Positions 36,520-44,230 of a stretch of 47,731 nucleotides of DNA are shown here, one piece after another. The first letter of the stretch is position 1. The number at the start of each line of letters is the position of its first letter. The translations under genes and the position numbers were made by a program. The notes under the pieces were generated by a model. That model was not told where the DNA came from, searched no databases, and worked only from the letters and a program-made list of their open reading frames with translations. This DNA is from a phage. The stretch is taken from the sequence record PZ445407.1. One strand, 5' to 3'.

Positions 36520-36665
36520 TTGCGTGCTTTTTCTATCGCCCTTAGCATAATCTCATGACTATCAAGCAAGTCTTCTCGGAACCAATCCCCGCATGGCCAG
36601 CCCTTTCCGCTGTAGGCGCTGATGACCTCCAGATCGAAATAATTTATCTCAGATGGTAATAGCAT
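36504..36665 (-). CDS. hypothetical small protein (~53 aa)
   Basis: Hand-translated; stop embedded in promoter palindrome. Confidence 0.25.
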   Translation of the reverse strand: MLLPSEINYFDLEVISAYSGKGWPCGDWFREDLLDSHEIMLRAIEKARNSTNR

Positions 36666-36668
36666 TAC

Positions 36669-36860
36669 TCAGGCCTCCATAATGTATTCAAACTCTGATG
36701 TAAACAGTGGAAGCTCCCTTCCGGAAGGAGTCTTGATACTAACCCCGCCGGACTCATACTGTCGCATAACCTCGTAAGAACCTCCAATCTCAACTCCGTA
36801 GAATTCTCTCTCGTATTTGCCGTGTTTCGTTTGAAAGCTGATTAATTTAATTTTCATCAT
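36669..36860 (-). CDS. hypothetical protein
   Basis: ORF track. Confidence 0.35.
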   Translation of the reverse strand: MMKIKLISFQTKHGKYEREFYGVEIGGSYEVMRQYESGGVSIKTPSGRELPLFTSEFEYIMEA

Positions 36861-37096
36861 TTCACCTCATTAAAGGTTGCAATACCAGGGATAAACATTC
36901 CAACCTTCCAGCCCGCAATGGCAATCCATCCAGAGTCGTGCTTGTGCGGTCGCTCAGCGCCATTAATCACCCACTCGTTCGGGATTGTCTTGCCGTTAAT
37001 GATTAGCGGCTCAGCGTCGTATGCAGAGCCTTTGACGAATGGTGTTAATACCTTCTTGTCTGTACTTGTAATAACGTTAGTGCAGCGAATTTTCAT
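36857..37096 (-). CDS. hypothetical protein (start MKIRCTNV)
   Basis: RBS gagga before ATG 37096. Confidence 0.35.
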   Translation of the reverse strand: MKIRCTNVITSTDKKVLTPFVKGSAYDAEPLIINGKTIPNEWVINGAERPHKHDSGWIAIAGWKVGMFIPGIATFNEVK

Positions 37097-37106
37097 ATCC
37101 AAATCC

Positions 37107-37286
37107 TCAAATAAATGGTAGGCATTCGTCACAGCCAAGTCCATCACAGCACAGGAATTCATCTTCTGACTGGAATTGCTTAGCCAAATCTATATCCAAC
37201 TTTCCTCGCACCACAAGTTCCGTGTAATCCTCGTTAAGCCCAATCAGTGCGCATTCTTGGCGTAACTCATCTTTATCAATCTTCAT
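37107..37286 (-). CDS. hypothetical protein (60 aa; Cys-rich C-terminus CCDGLGCDEC)
   Basis: ATG 37286 behind minus-strand promoter/leader of the conserved type. Confidence 0.35.
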   Translation of the reverse strand: MKIDKDELRQECALIGLNEDYTELVVRGKLDIDLAKQFQSEDEFLCCDGLGCDECLPFI

Positions 37287-37313
37287 ATCCACCCCCTCGT
37301 TGTTGATGAGTTG

Positions 37314-37357
37314 ACTATACCCTCGCCAGACCATAACGTCATTAACAAAAAGTGCTA
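37314..37357 (-). promoter_or_regulatory. palindrome-type promoter on minus strand for the 33655..37286 accessory operon
   Basis: Reverse complement: TAGCA ctttt TGTTA + ~22 bp + TATAGT + leader ...CATCAACAACGAGGGGG. Confidence 0.5.
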
Positions 37358-37373
37358 TTCGTCAGATTTATGG

Positions 37374-37458
37374 ATTGTTGCAGATATTGCAATGATTCAC
37401 ATGATTATTGCACATATAGCAATATTGCTTCAGATGCAATGATGTTTTTGATTGTTGC
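37374..37458. promoter_or_regulatory. cluster of ATTGCA/TGCAAT repeats flanked by direct repeat GATTGTTGC (operator-like)
   Basis: At least six TTGC(A) units within 85 bp of a non-coding region. Confidence 0.3.
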
Positions 37459-37602
37459 GAAAAGTGAAATGAAGGGGTGAGTGAGCGAATGATAGATGGA
37501 TGGACTACCATACAAGTTGATTTTGATTCTTCTTGAGCAACTTTGCGCATACGCGTTATAAAGGTTATGCCATGTAGATGAAATCTCACTCCGCAGGAAT
37601 CG

Positions 37603-37700
37603 TGTACGCCTATCACGCAGGATTACGCAATGGTTACGTAATAATATCTATATATATCAACCTTTTAGTGTTATTATTATTATTATTATTATATACGTGT
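37603..37700. repeat. iteron/AT-rich repeat element copy B (same core, (TTA)7)
   Basis: Direct repeat of copy A; second short conserved block TTACATTGAGCTATA at 37848..37869 vs 20429..20449. Confidence 0.6.
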
Positions 37701-37753
37701 ATATAGTGTAGATAGTGGATATTGGATATTGCGATAGTTTTCTATGATTTTTT

Positions 37754-37786
37754 CCTACACTTGTAGGAATGTGACTACACTGTAGG
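37754..37786. promoter_or_regulatory. two tandem palindromic sites CCTACA-(N1-2)-TGTAGG-AAT (operator-like)
   Basis: cctacacttgtaggaat and ctacactgtaggaat read directly. Confidence 0.35.
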
Positions 37787-37917
37787 AATAAATAGGCATA
37801 TATGGGCCACCCCTCCATAAAAACTTATCTACAATCTGTACACGGCTTTACATTGAGCTATATCTGGGGTTGGTAGCTGAAAAGCGTAAATAAATTGAAT
37901 TCAACCACAAATAACGC

Positions 37918-37946
37918 TTGATAACATGTAACCTCGATGATATTAT
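37918..37946 (+). promoter_or_regulatory. sigma70-like promoter (-35 TTGATA, 17 bp, -10 TATTAT) for 37987..38508
   Basis: Hexamers read directly. Confidence 0.45.
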
Positions 37947-37986
37947 GCACCCATATTAACGAAGGCAACAATCAGGAGTAATATCT

Positions 37987-38508
37987 ATGTCGAATCGAAT
38001 TCAGCCAGTAAGCCTTGGTGATGTTATCCGCTACATGGCCAAGCAGGCACTTAAGACTGACAACCGAACTTTTCATGTCCCAATCCATCTTATAGCTCGC
38101 CAGGTGTACGGACTAACGTCTGATGATATGGGCCGAATCAGCACTGAAGATCTCGAGACTGGTGGCAAATACAGCTTGGCAAAGTTGAAAGCGTCATATG
38201 TCTCTAACACAGTTGCAAGGATGCCGGAGATTCAGGAGGCGAACGTTCGGGCCAAGCTATCAATCAAGGACGGAGACTTCGGGGATGATGTTGATGTTCG
38301 ATGCGCATACATCACCTTGGTAGATGGGGCAATTCAGAAAGGAAAGAGAGTGAAGGCCAACAACCAGGTTGCAGAGAAGGCGGTGAACGACTTTAAGGAT
38401 AGAATCCTCAAGCTAATGCCATCCGTGACTGAGTTTGAAGGAGGCGAGATCACTGGAGCCATTAAGGCAATTAAGATGTACCAGGAAATGATTAAGGAGA
38501 CAAAATAA
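37987..38508 (+). CDS. hypothetical protein
   Basis: Behind canonical sigma70-like promoter. Confidence 0.45.
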   Translation: MSNRIQPVSLGDVIRYMAKQALKTDNRTFHVPIHLIARQVYGLTSDDMGRISTEDLETGGKYSLAKLKASYVSNTVARMPEIQEANVRAKLSIKDGDFGDDVDVRCAYITLVDGAIQKGKRVKANNQVAEKAVNDFKDRILKLMPSVTEFEGGEITGAIKAIKMYQEMIKETK

Positions 38509-39047
38509 TGGGGATGTTTGATTTTACCGAAGAGAAGCTGACAGATGAGCAGATTATGCAGATTGCTGCGCGGGATGGACTTCCTCCGCTACGAGTTGCA
38601 ATCAATGCCAATGGATATCGCCAGTCTCAATCATTCTGGTGTAGTGTTGAGGAGTTGCTCTGCGCAAAGCTCGACAGCAAGTCGGGCGTAGTTGTGCTAA
38701 AAATTCACGACCAGAGCAGGAACGGTAAAGGGGTTGTAGGAATTAGATCAACATATGAAGCGCTGAGAAAGGTCAAGCCATTTGCCGGACTCAACGGAGT
38801 CATGCATGACCTGAAAAATAACATCCTGCCATCGCTACAGGACGTAGGAATCATCTGCCTCATTGGAGATAAAATTTACGTGCATCCATACATCATTGGC
38901 ATGCATGCGATAGAAGTTGAAGAGTGGTGCGACCCATGTCCTGCTGTTGAGCAAGATACTAGACTACCATACCACTTGCGTTATAGTGAGGAAGAGGTGG
39001 AGATGGCGATGGACTTGTATCGTAGATGGAATGCTGTTGGGAAATGA
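38508..39047 (+). CDS. internally deleted paralog of the 34083..35666 ATPase (N- and C-terminal modules only)
   Basis: Shares LPPLRVAINANGYRQSQSFW and C-terminal RNGKGVVG.R..YEA.RKVKPF...CLIGDK.Y with the 527-aa protein; lacks the P-loop core. Confidence 0.5.
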   Translation: MGMFDFTEEKLTDEQIMQIAARDGLPPLRVAINANGYRQSQSFWCSVEELLCAKLDSKSGVVVLKIHDQSRNGKGVVGIRSTYEALRKVKPFAGLNGVMHDLKNNILPSLQDVGIICLIGDKIYVHPYIIGMHAIEVEEWCDPCPAVEQDTRLPYHLRYSEEEVEMAMDLYRRWNAVGK

Positions 39048-39067
39048 AGCCAATCCTGAACGGTGAA

Positions 39068-39110
39068 TAGCAATAATTGCTAAACAATTGATCGGGTAGT
39101 CAGCTATGAT
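39068..39110 (+). promoter_or_regulatory. palindrome-type promoter (TAGCA-N5-TGCTA, 22 bp, TATGAT)
   Basis: Direct read; leader TACCCCATCTACAACAAAGAGG. Confidence 0.55.
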
Positions 39111-39134
39111 TACCCCATCTACAACAAAGAGGAA

Positions 39135-39344
39135 ATGAAGATGGAAAATATTCGTATTGAAGATGTTTACGTTGACCAGGCTGAGGTCAGCATCACAAAA
39201 AGAGATCGTGGTGCCGTTGTATCTCTGGATTTCGACCCTGATGAATACGGAGATTGTCAGACGCTGATGCAATACAGTCCAGACCAGGCGCGCAAGCTGG
39301 CGGCGGCATTAATTCTGGCGGCTGATGAGGCAGAGAAGCAATGA
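39135..39344 (+). CDS. small acidic protein (paralog family with 39456 and 42469)
   Basis: Shared C-terminal helix (ARKLAAALILAADEA). Confidence 0.4.
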   Translation: MKMENIRIEDVYVDQAEVSITKRDRGAVVSLDFDPDEYGDCQTLMQYSPDQARKLAAALILAADEAEKQ

Positions 39345-39455
39345 GTAGTCATCACAATGAGCACGTAATGCAGCTCTACCGACATAATCTCAAGTCACTT
39401 GGTCGGTTGGGTAGGTAAAATAACGGGCCTTTACAGGCCCATTTAGAGGTGTTAT

Positions 39456-39641
39456 ATGAGCAACGGAATCATTATAAAATCTGGCGACAGGATTCTTATT
39501 GAGGCGCGCAGAAATGTCGTTGAACTTGAAACAGAAAATGACTATGCGTTCATGACTCCAGAGCAGGCGCTTGAACTTGCAGCCGCCCTTGTATCTGCGG
39601 CGAATGAAGCCAACAACCAGCTCGGGAGCGCCCAGGCATGA
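39456..39641 (+). CDS. small acidic protein (paralog family)
   Basis: C-terminal ALELAAALVSAANEA. Confidence 0.4.
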   Translation: MSNGIIIKSGDRILIEARRNVVELETENDYAFMTPEQALELAAALVSAANEANNQLGSAQA

Positions 39642-39862
39642 AGAAGCATCGCATTGTGATGATCAGGACTGAGACGGCGTTCGGCGATCCGTGTCACAGT
39701 ACTGTCGATGCGTTCGTGAGTGAGCTTGCGGCTGGTCCAGGGAAAACCGTCCAAGATGACAAATACGGCGTCGCAGATGAATTGACGAAGAAAAGCAAAT
39801 TCACTTTCGGTAGCAATTTCGGTGAAGGCAAAGCGCTTACCATGTCAACTGCGAAAATGTAG
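39638..39862 (+). CDS. hypothetical protein
   Basis: ATGA overlap with upstream stop. Confidence 0.3.
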   Translation: MKKHRIVMIRTETAFGDPCHSTVDAFVSELAAGPGKTVQDDKYGVADELTKKSKFTFGSNFGEGKALTMSTAKM

Positions 39863-39901
39863 CCACGAATCGGCGGTTACGGATATGTCAATCGTCACAT
39901 A

Positions 39902-40201
39902 TTGGCGGTTAGCGAATGCGAATCGGCACGCGATCGCAAGGTGGCTGTTTGCTATTGCGTTGGTGGCAATGAGTTCATCAATGGTTGCGAATGCGAGTAT
40001 GAAGTTGATGAGCGCGAGGCGGGGTGTGAGCCGCGCATTATTCATATCGTACAAGATGCATTCGTCTCTGACTTAAAAGGTGATCACCGCTGGGAATCTG
40101 TTAAGTTTGGAAAGCTTAACATTGATGGAAAAGATCTTGGCGATGCATACGCAATCATAAATCCTGATGGCGGCGTAGTGGCTCAGTTCTACATCAAATA
40201 G
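39902..40201 (+). CDS. hypothetical Cys-rich protein (non-ATG start, boundary uncertain)
   Basis: No in-frame ATG; stop TAG embedded in promoter palindrome. Confidence 0.25.
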   Translation: MAVSECESARDRKVAVCYCVGGNEFINGCECEYEVDEREAGCEPRIIHIVQDAFVSDLKGDHRWESVKFGKLNIDGKDLGDAYAIINPDGGVVAQFYIK

Positions 40202-40241
40202 CACGATTTGTTAAAAGGGGATTCATCCTGACTGGTATAAT
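40199..40241 (+). promoter_or_regulatory. palindrome-type promoter (TAGCA-N5-TGTTA, 22 bp, TATAAT)
   Basis: Direct read. Confidence 0.55.
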
Positions 40242-40274
40242 CCCCACATCAACCACACGAATGGAAGTTAACAA

Positions 40275-40814
40275 ATGAATCAGATGTACACCATGATTAA
40301 GCAACACCTGAACACCGAGGCAATCAACAAGCCAGTCTACGTGTTTGACTACGACGGCACGCTGTCGGACGGATCGCATCGCTTGCATAAGTTGCCGACA
40401 AAGGATTTACACCTCACTGAGTCATGGTCTGAATTCAATCGACTGTCAGAATATGATGAACCTATCGAATCAACCATTCAGGTGATGAATAGCCTGTACG
40501 ACTCTGGCGCATACATCATCATCCTAACCGGGCGGTCAGACGAGGTGTGTGAAATTTCGACTCAGTGGCTTCATGATGCTAAAGCAAAATATAACGTAAT
40601 GGTCATGCGCCAGGCTGATGACAACAGAAAGGATACAATCATCAAAGAGGAGTTCTTGCGCTACATTGGCTTGCATCGAATTACGGCAGCATTCGATGAT
40701 AGCCCTAACGTGGTTGCGCACTTCCGAAGCCTGGGCATCACTACCTATCAGGTTTGCGACTATGGCGATAAGCTACACGCTGGAGTCGGATCGCATGGCG
40801 TTCATCATAAGTGA
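40275..40814 (+). CDS. HAD-superfamily phosphatase / nucleotidase (putative)
   Basis: HAD motif I VFDYDGTL and later D-rich motifs. Confidence 0.5.
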   Translation: MNQMYTMIKQHLNTEAINKPVYVFDYDGTLSDGSHRLHKLPTKDLHLTESWSEFNRLSEYDEPIESTIQVMNSLYDSGAYIIILTGRSDEVCEISTQWLHDAKAKYNVMVMRQADDNRKDTIIKEEFLRYIGLHRITAAFDDSPNVVAHFRSLGITTYQVCDYGDKLHAGVGSHGVHHK

Positions 40815-40934
40815 CGATATACGAACATAAATTCAGTAGCAGGGGTATTGATATGCTCCTGCACTATGTAGACGAAAAATACGCAAATCTCATGCTTAAG
40901 ACGCATGGTGGCACAATAACGAGGATTAACATCA

Positions 40935-41567
40935 ATGGCTAAAATAATCATTCTTAATGGACCGGCAGGTATTGGAAAGGACACTATCGGAAACGCGCTT
41001 GCAGCAGATTACAATTGCAACCTGGTAAGTTTCAAGCGTCCTATGTTTGATATCGCATCCTCAATACTAGGCGCTTTAGCCTTCAGCAAATTCATCACCG
41101 CTTATAATGACCGAGATCAGAAAGAGCGTCCTCAGGAATTTCTTGGTGGAAAGACATGCCGTGAGTTCATGATCTGGATTAGCGAATCAGTAGTTAAGCC
41201 GCTTTTAGGCGATAGGCAGTTCGGTAAGTTGATGAGCGAACATATCCAGATGCGTGACGAAGGCTTTACGTTTGTTTGCACTGATGGCGGTTTCCCTGAT
41301 GAGGTTATTCAGCTAGTGGAAGATGGACACGATGTTACCCTTGTACGCTTATTTATGGATGGTAAGACATTCGCTGGCGATAGTCGTGATTACATCCGAA
41401 TCAAGGAATCGCACTTCCCTGATTACCATGCCTACCAGGAGCATGATGTTCATCTAGTCAATGGTGATATTTATGGCGGTGTTCTGTCGGTAGCTGATGC
41501 TTGCGGTATTGGCTCACCAGTTCCAGAGGTTGATGTTTACGAGTGGGAAGATGGATTACCCTGGTAA
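40935..41567 (+). CDS. P-loop nucleotide/nucleoside kinase (dNMP-kinase-like, putative)
   Basis: Walker A GPAGIGKDT at N-terminus. Confidence 0.5.
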   Translation: MAKIIILNGPAGIGKDTIGNALAADYNCNLVSFKRPMFDIASSILGALAFSKFITAYNDRDQKERPQEFLGGKTCREFMIWISESVVKPLLGDRQFGKLMSEHIQMRDEGFTFVCTDGGFPDEVIQLVEDGHDVTLVRLFMDGKTFAGDSRDYIRIKESHFPDYHAYQEHDVHLVNGDIYGGVLSVADACGIGSPVPEVDVYEWEDGLPW

Positions 41568-41568
41568 A

Positions 41569-41610
41569 TAGCACGAATCGCCAAAGCCGCTCCGGCGGGT
41601 TTTGTTATAG
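41569..41610 (+). promoter_or_regulatory. palindrome-type promoter variant with terminator hairpin in spacer (TAGCA-N5-CGCCA, TATAGT)
   Basis: Direct read; hairpin ccgc tccg gcgg + T-run inside spacer. Confidence 0.4.
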
Positions 41611-41643
41611 TTAGTTCACACCAAACGAGAGGAAGTAGAAGAA

Positions 41644-41835
41644 ATGATTACAATTAACCTGTCAGAAGAAATGGCTGCTGACCTTATTGATTCACTAAGC
41701 CTGGTTAAAATTCGATACGGGACTTACAACAGAAGCGAATCAATAAAGGAAGTGGTAAAGCAAGTTAAACAGCAGGTCGAAGCGGCCAAAATCGAATTGC
41801 AGAACACCCCATACGATTTTAATAAAGGTGAGTAA
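41644..41835 (+). CDS. hypothetical protein (MITINLS paralog 1)
   Basis: N-terminus MITINLSEE. Confidence 0.4.
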   Translation: MITINLSEEMAADLIDSLSLVKIRYGTYNRSESIKEVVKQVKQQVEAAKIELQNTPYDFNKGE

Positions 41836-41836
41836 G

Positions 41837-42055
41837 ATGATTACAATTAACCTGTCAGACAAGCAAGCAGCAGAACTTAAATCCATGTTATCAATCTTTG
41901 AGAAGCCAAATGACCGAGCAATTGCAAAAGAGGTTATCTCTCAGATCAACAACCAGCAATTCGACGTCAGTGACTTCGAGTCATCACGTCAATATGAAGC
42001 GATGAGTGTCAACGCTGCATACCTGGTTAACTGGGATAAGGCGACTAAGCAATGA
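41837..42055 (+). CDS. hypothetical protein (MITINLS paralog 2)
   Basis: N-terminus MITINLSDK; tandem duplicate. Confidence 0.4.
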   Translation: MITINLSDKQAAELKSMLSIFEKPNDRAIAKEVISQINNQQFDVSDFESSRQYEAMSVNAAYLVNWDKATKQ

Positions 42056-42189
42056 TTTACGTTCACACTTACTACACTGCAAAGTTTAATAGCGTGAAGA
42101 ATGTTAGTGTTCACGAAAGCTACGAGAGCGCAAAAGCTCAATGGTTGGTTCTCGGCGGTGATATTAATTCATATAGAGTCGATGAATAG
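42052..42189 (+). CDS. hypothetical small protein (45 aa)
   Basis: Hand-translated; ATGA overlap. Confidence 0.25.
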   Translation: MIYVHTYYTAKFNSVKNVSVHESYESAKAQWLVLGGDINSYRVDE

Positions 42190-42228
42190 CAAGAATTGCT
42201 AAAACAGCATTGGGGTAATTTGTTATAG
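42186..42228 (+). promoter_or_regulatory. palindrome-type promoter (TAGCA-N5-TGCTA, 22 bp, TATAGT)
   Basis: Direct read; leader TACCCCATAGAAACGAATGAGG. Confidence 0.55.
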
Positions 42229-42259
42229 TTACCCCATAGAAACGAATGAGGAAGAAGAG

Positions 42260-42472
42260 ATGAAAATTGAAATTATCGACGTGGATTACCAGGTGGACCA
42301 GGAAATTCCTACTCTGCGCGACTGTGGTTTCCGGGTTGGAGATATAGTAGAGGTGATTGGTTACTACGATGATGGCGACATTTCAATCCCTGCAATCCGT
42401 GAGACTGAGTTCGCCAATATCGGAGATGAAATCAGTATTTGCGAGCATGAATACAGGGGGGTAGAGAAATGA
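42260..42472 (+). CDS. hypothetical protein
   Basis: Behind conserved promoter/leader. Confidence 0.4.
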   Translation: MKIEIIDVDYQVDQEIPTLRDCGFRVGDIVEVIGYYDDGDISIPAIRETEFANIGDEISICEHEYRGVEK

Positions 42473-42651
42473 TTAAGTTCGAGCAAAGCGAACCTAAGCT
42501 ACAGGCTAACCACTTCGATGGCTACTCAACATTCATCATTGCCCAGGCGTACGGAATGCGTGAAGACCCACAGGTCCACACAATCCACTTAACCGAAGAG
42601 CAGGCTAGAGAGTTGGCTTACGAAATTCTAGAGCAATTGAATAAGATTTAA
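42469..42651 (+). CDS. small acidic protein (paralog family with 39135 and 39456)
   Basis: C-terminal EQARELAYEILEQL. Confidence 0.4.
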   Translation: MIKFEQSEPKLQANHFDGYSTFIIAQAYGMREDPQVHTIHLTEEQARELAYEILEQLNKI

Positions 42652-42700
42652 CGCGCCTAAAACGCACTATGACGAAAGATAATTTAAGTAAGGTGATTCT

Positions 42701-42871
42701 ATGATTAAAGCTGTTTTTGTTGCTGAGGATGACGATTATCTAGGCCTAAAGACACATGACGTGATCTATGTTGAACCATTAAAAAATGGTGATGGCTATA
42801 TCTACACTGATAAATTTGGCGTGCGTCTTTTTATTGAGCGATGGGAAATTGAGGAGATTAGTGGTGAGTAA
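42701..42871 (+). CDS. hypothetical small protein (56 aa)
   Basis: Hand-translated; RBS aaggtg. Confidence 0.3.
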   Translation: MIKAVFVAEDDDYLGLKTHDVIYVEPLKNGDGYIYTDKFGVRLFIERWEIEEISGE

Positions 42872-42986
42872 CGAAAGCCCCGTAGAGTGGTGCAAGAGAA
42901 TGCAGGACGAGGCCAAGACGAGCGAAGAGGCAATGGCTTACTACGAGCTTGCGAAAATGTGGATGGAGCGGGAGAAGAAGGAATGA
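42864..42986 (+). CDS. hypothetical small protein (GTG start)
   Basis: RBS gaggag; overlaps neighbours. Confidence 0.2.
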   Translation: MSNESPVEWCKRMQDEAKTSEEAMAYYELAKMWMEREKKE

Positions 42987-43126
42987 GCTTCACTGAATAT
43001 GTTATCGCATGTGAGAGAATTGTGTTTGACATGAAAACCTTTCACTGGTTCATCATTAAGGATTTAATCAAGCCTTATAAGCAAGGCGTTACGCCAGAAC
43101 AGTTTGTTAAGTCATTCTATAAATAA
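42983..43126 (+). CDS. hypothetical small protein (47 aa)
   Basis: ATGA overlap. Confidence 0.25.
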   Translation: MSFTEYVIACERIVFDMKTFHWFIIKDLIKPYKQGVTPEQFVKSFYK

Positions 43127-43152
43127 TCTTATCAGAAAGAGAGAGAAACAAA

Positions 43153-43350
43153 ATGTGGATCAACATTAAAGAAGAGATGCCTGGCAGCGAGGATGTTTTG
43201 GTTTATTGCTCAGACACAAGAGAGCAGATGGTTGGGTTCCACAAGGGGAGAGGTCTTTTTCAGTTCTTTTTCATGAATGGGGTGGAGGGAGTTTGCAAAC
43301 CAACGCATTGGATGCCGCTACCAGAAGGTCCAGATAGCACGAATTGCTAA
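43153..43350 (+). CDS. hypothetical protein
   Basis: ORF track, RBS agagagag. Confidence 0.4.
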   Translation: MWINIKEEMPGSEDVLVYCSDTREQMVGFHKGRGLFQFFFMNGVEGVCKPTHWMPLPEGPDSTNC

Positions 43351-43377
43351 ACACGCTCGCCACGGATGGCATATAAT
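43335..43377 (+). promoter_or_regulatory. palindrome-type promoter (TAGCA-N5-TGCTA, 22 bp, TATAAT)
   Basis: Direct read; near-duplicate of junction copy. Confidence 0.55.
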
Positions 43378-43407
43378 TACCCCATCAACACAACGAGAGA
43401 TTGAGAG

Positions 43408-43647
43408 ATGTTTGGATTAAATGAAGCGATGTTTAATGCTGTAAAGCGCCAGGCTAAAAAGCTCAACGATAAGTATGAGACACTAAGCAAACTGGACCGC
43501 AAGAATGACAAGCTAGTTGCTGGAGTTATAACTGAGATTTGGCAGCCCGTTTCTACGGTAATCAGCAGAGATCGCTTTGTGTGGGTAGCTGGTTACTTGC
43601 GAGGCCGGGTTGGTCACGACGAGAATGGGAATAGCCTTTATGAGTAA
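43408..43647 (+). CDS. hypothetical protein
   Basis: Behind conserved promoter/leader. Confidence 0.4.
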   Translation: MFGLNEAMFNAVKRQAKKLNDKYETLSKLDRKNDKLVAGVITEIWQPVSTVISRDRFVWVAGYLRGRVGHDENGNSLYE

Positions 43648-43747
43648 GTTTATTGATTGTGTTATTTACGCGTGGTGCTTGGCGCTGGCTTCAGCCTCGG
43701 TTATGTTAATAATTGCTGCGATTATGATGATGGGTGGGTATGTATGA
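43640..43747 (+). CDS. hydrophobic micro-ORF (35 aa, MSKFIDCVIYAWCLALASASVMLIIAAIMMMGGYV)
   Basis: Hand-translated; overlaps both neighbours. Confidence 0.3.
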   Translation: MSKFIDCVIYAWCLALASASVMLIIAAIMMMGGYV

Positions 43748-43932
43748 GTAATTGCAACAAGCACCACTATTACTACGCATACGAGTCGAAATTGGAGAAG
43801 TCTGACATTGATGGGATTAGATATGGATGGGCTGACGCAACGGCGCCATGCATCTTCGTAGGAATGAAAATGGCATTCTACGTTTGCAGTAAGTGCCACA
43901 ACATACTTATCACCGAGAGGCTGAGTAAATGA
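43744..43932 (+). CDS. zinc-ribbon-like protein (paralog 1; C.KHHYYY...C.KCH)
   Basis: Cys/His spacing shared with 43994..44230. Confidence 0.4.
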   Translation: MSNCNKHHYYYAYESKLEKSDIDGIRYGWADATAPCIFVGMKMAFYVCSKCHNILITERLSK

Positions 43933-43997
43933 GTGAACTAACAATCTGGTTTATCGCAGGGCTGGTTACTTGGGCTTACTTTATGGAGGCAGCATGA
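43929..43997 (+). CDS. hydrophobic micro-ORF (22 aa, MSELTIWFIAGLVTWAYFMEAA)
   Basis: Hand-translated; ATGA overlaps at both ends. Confidence 0.3.
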   Translation: MSELTIWFIAGLVTWAYFMEAA

Positions 43998-44230
43998 GAA
44001 CATTGAGGCAGATTTTAAACGGATGCAAGAAGCATCATTACACTTACTTTCGTGACATTAAATGGTTCGAGGATGCTAATCGTTTAGATGGCTACAAGAC
44101 AAAGTTAATATGCAAGAAGTGCCACCATGTTGAGAACAGTAAGGTAGATATGATGATTTGCCGTAGCACACTCGACGAAGTTCATTATGCAAAGGCCAGA
44201 AGGCTCAAAAAACTAGTTGCCAGACCGTAA
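43994..44230 (+). CDS. zinc-ribbon-like protein (paralog 2)
   Basis: CKKHHYTY...CKKCH pattern; RBS ggagg. Confidence 0.4.
   Translation: MRTLRQILNGCKKHHYTYFRDIKWFEDANRLDGYKTKLICKKCHHVENSKVDMMICRSTLDEVHYAKARRLKKLVARP

Noticed and set aside
37368-37616. Minus-strand 82-aa Cys/His-rich ORF
   Set aside because: Spans the ATTGCA repeat cluster of the control region and overlaps the minus-strand promoter; repeat-driven artefact is more likely.
20271-37692. Possible CRISPR-like array from TTATTATTATTA repeats
   Set aside because: Simple trinucleotide microsatellites (5-7 units) without spacers; not CRISPR.
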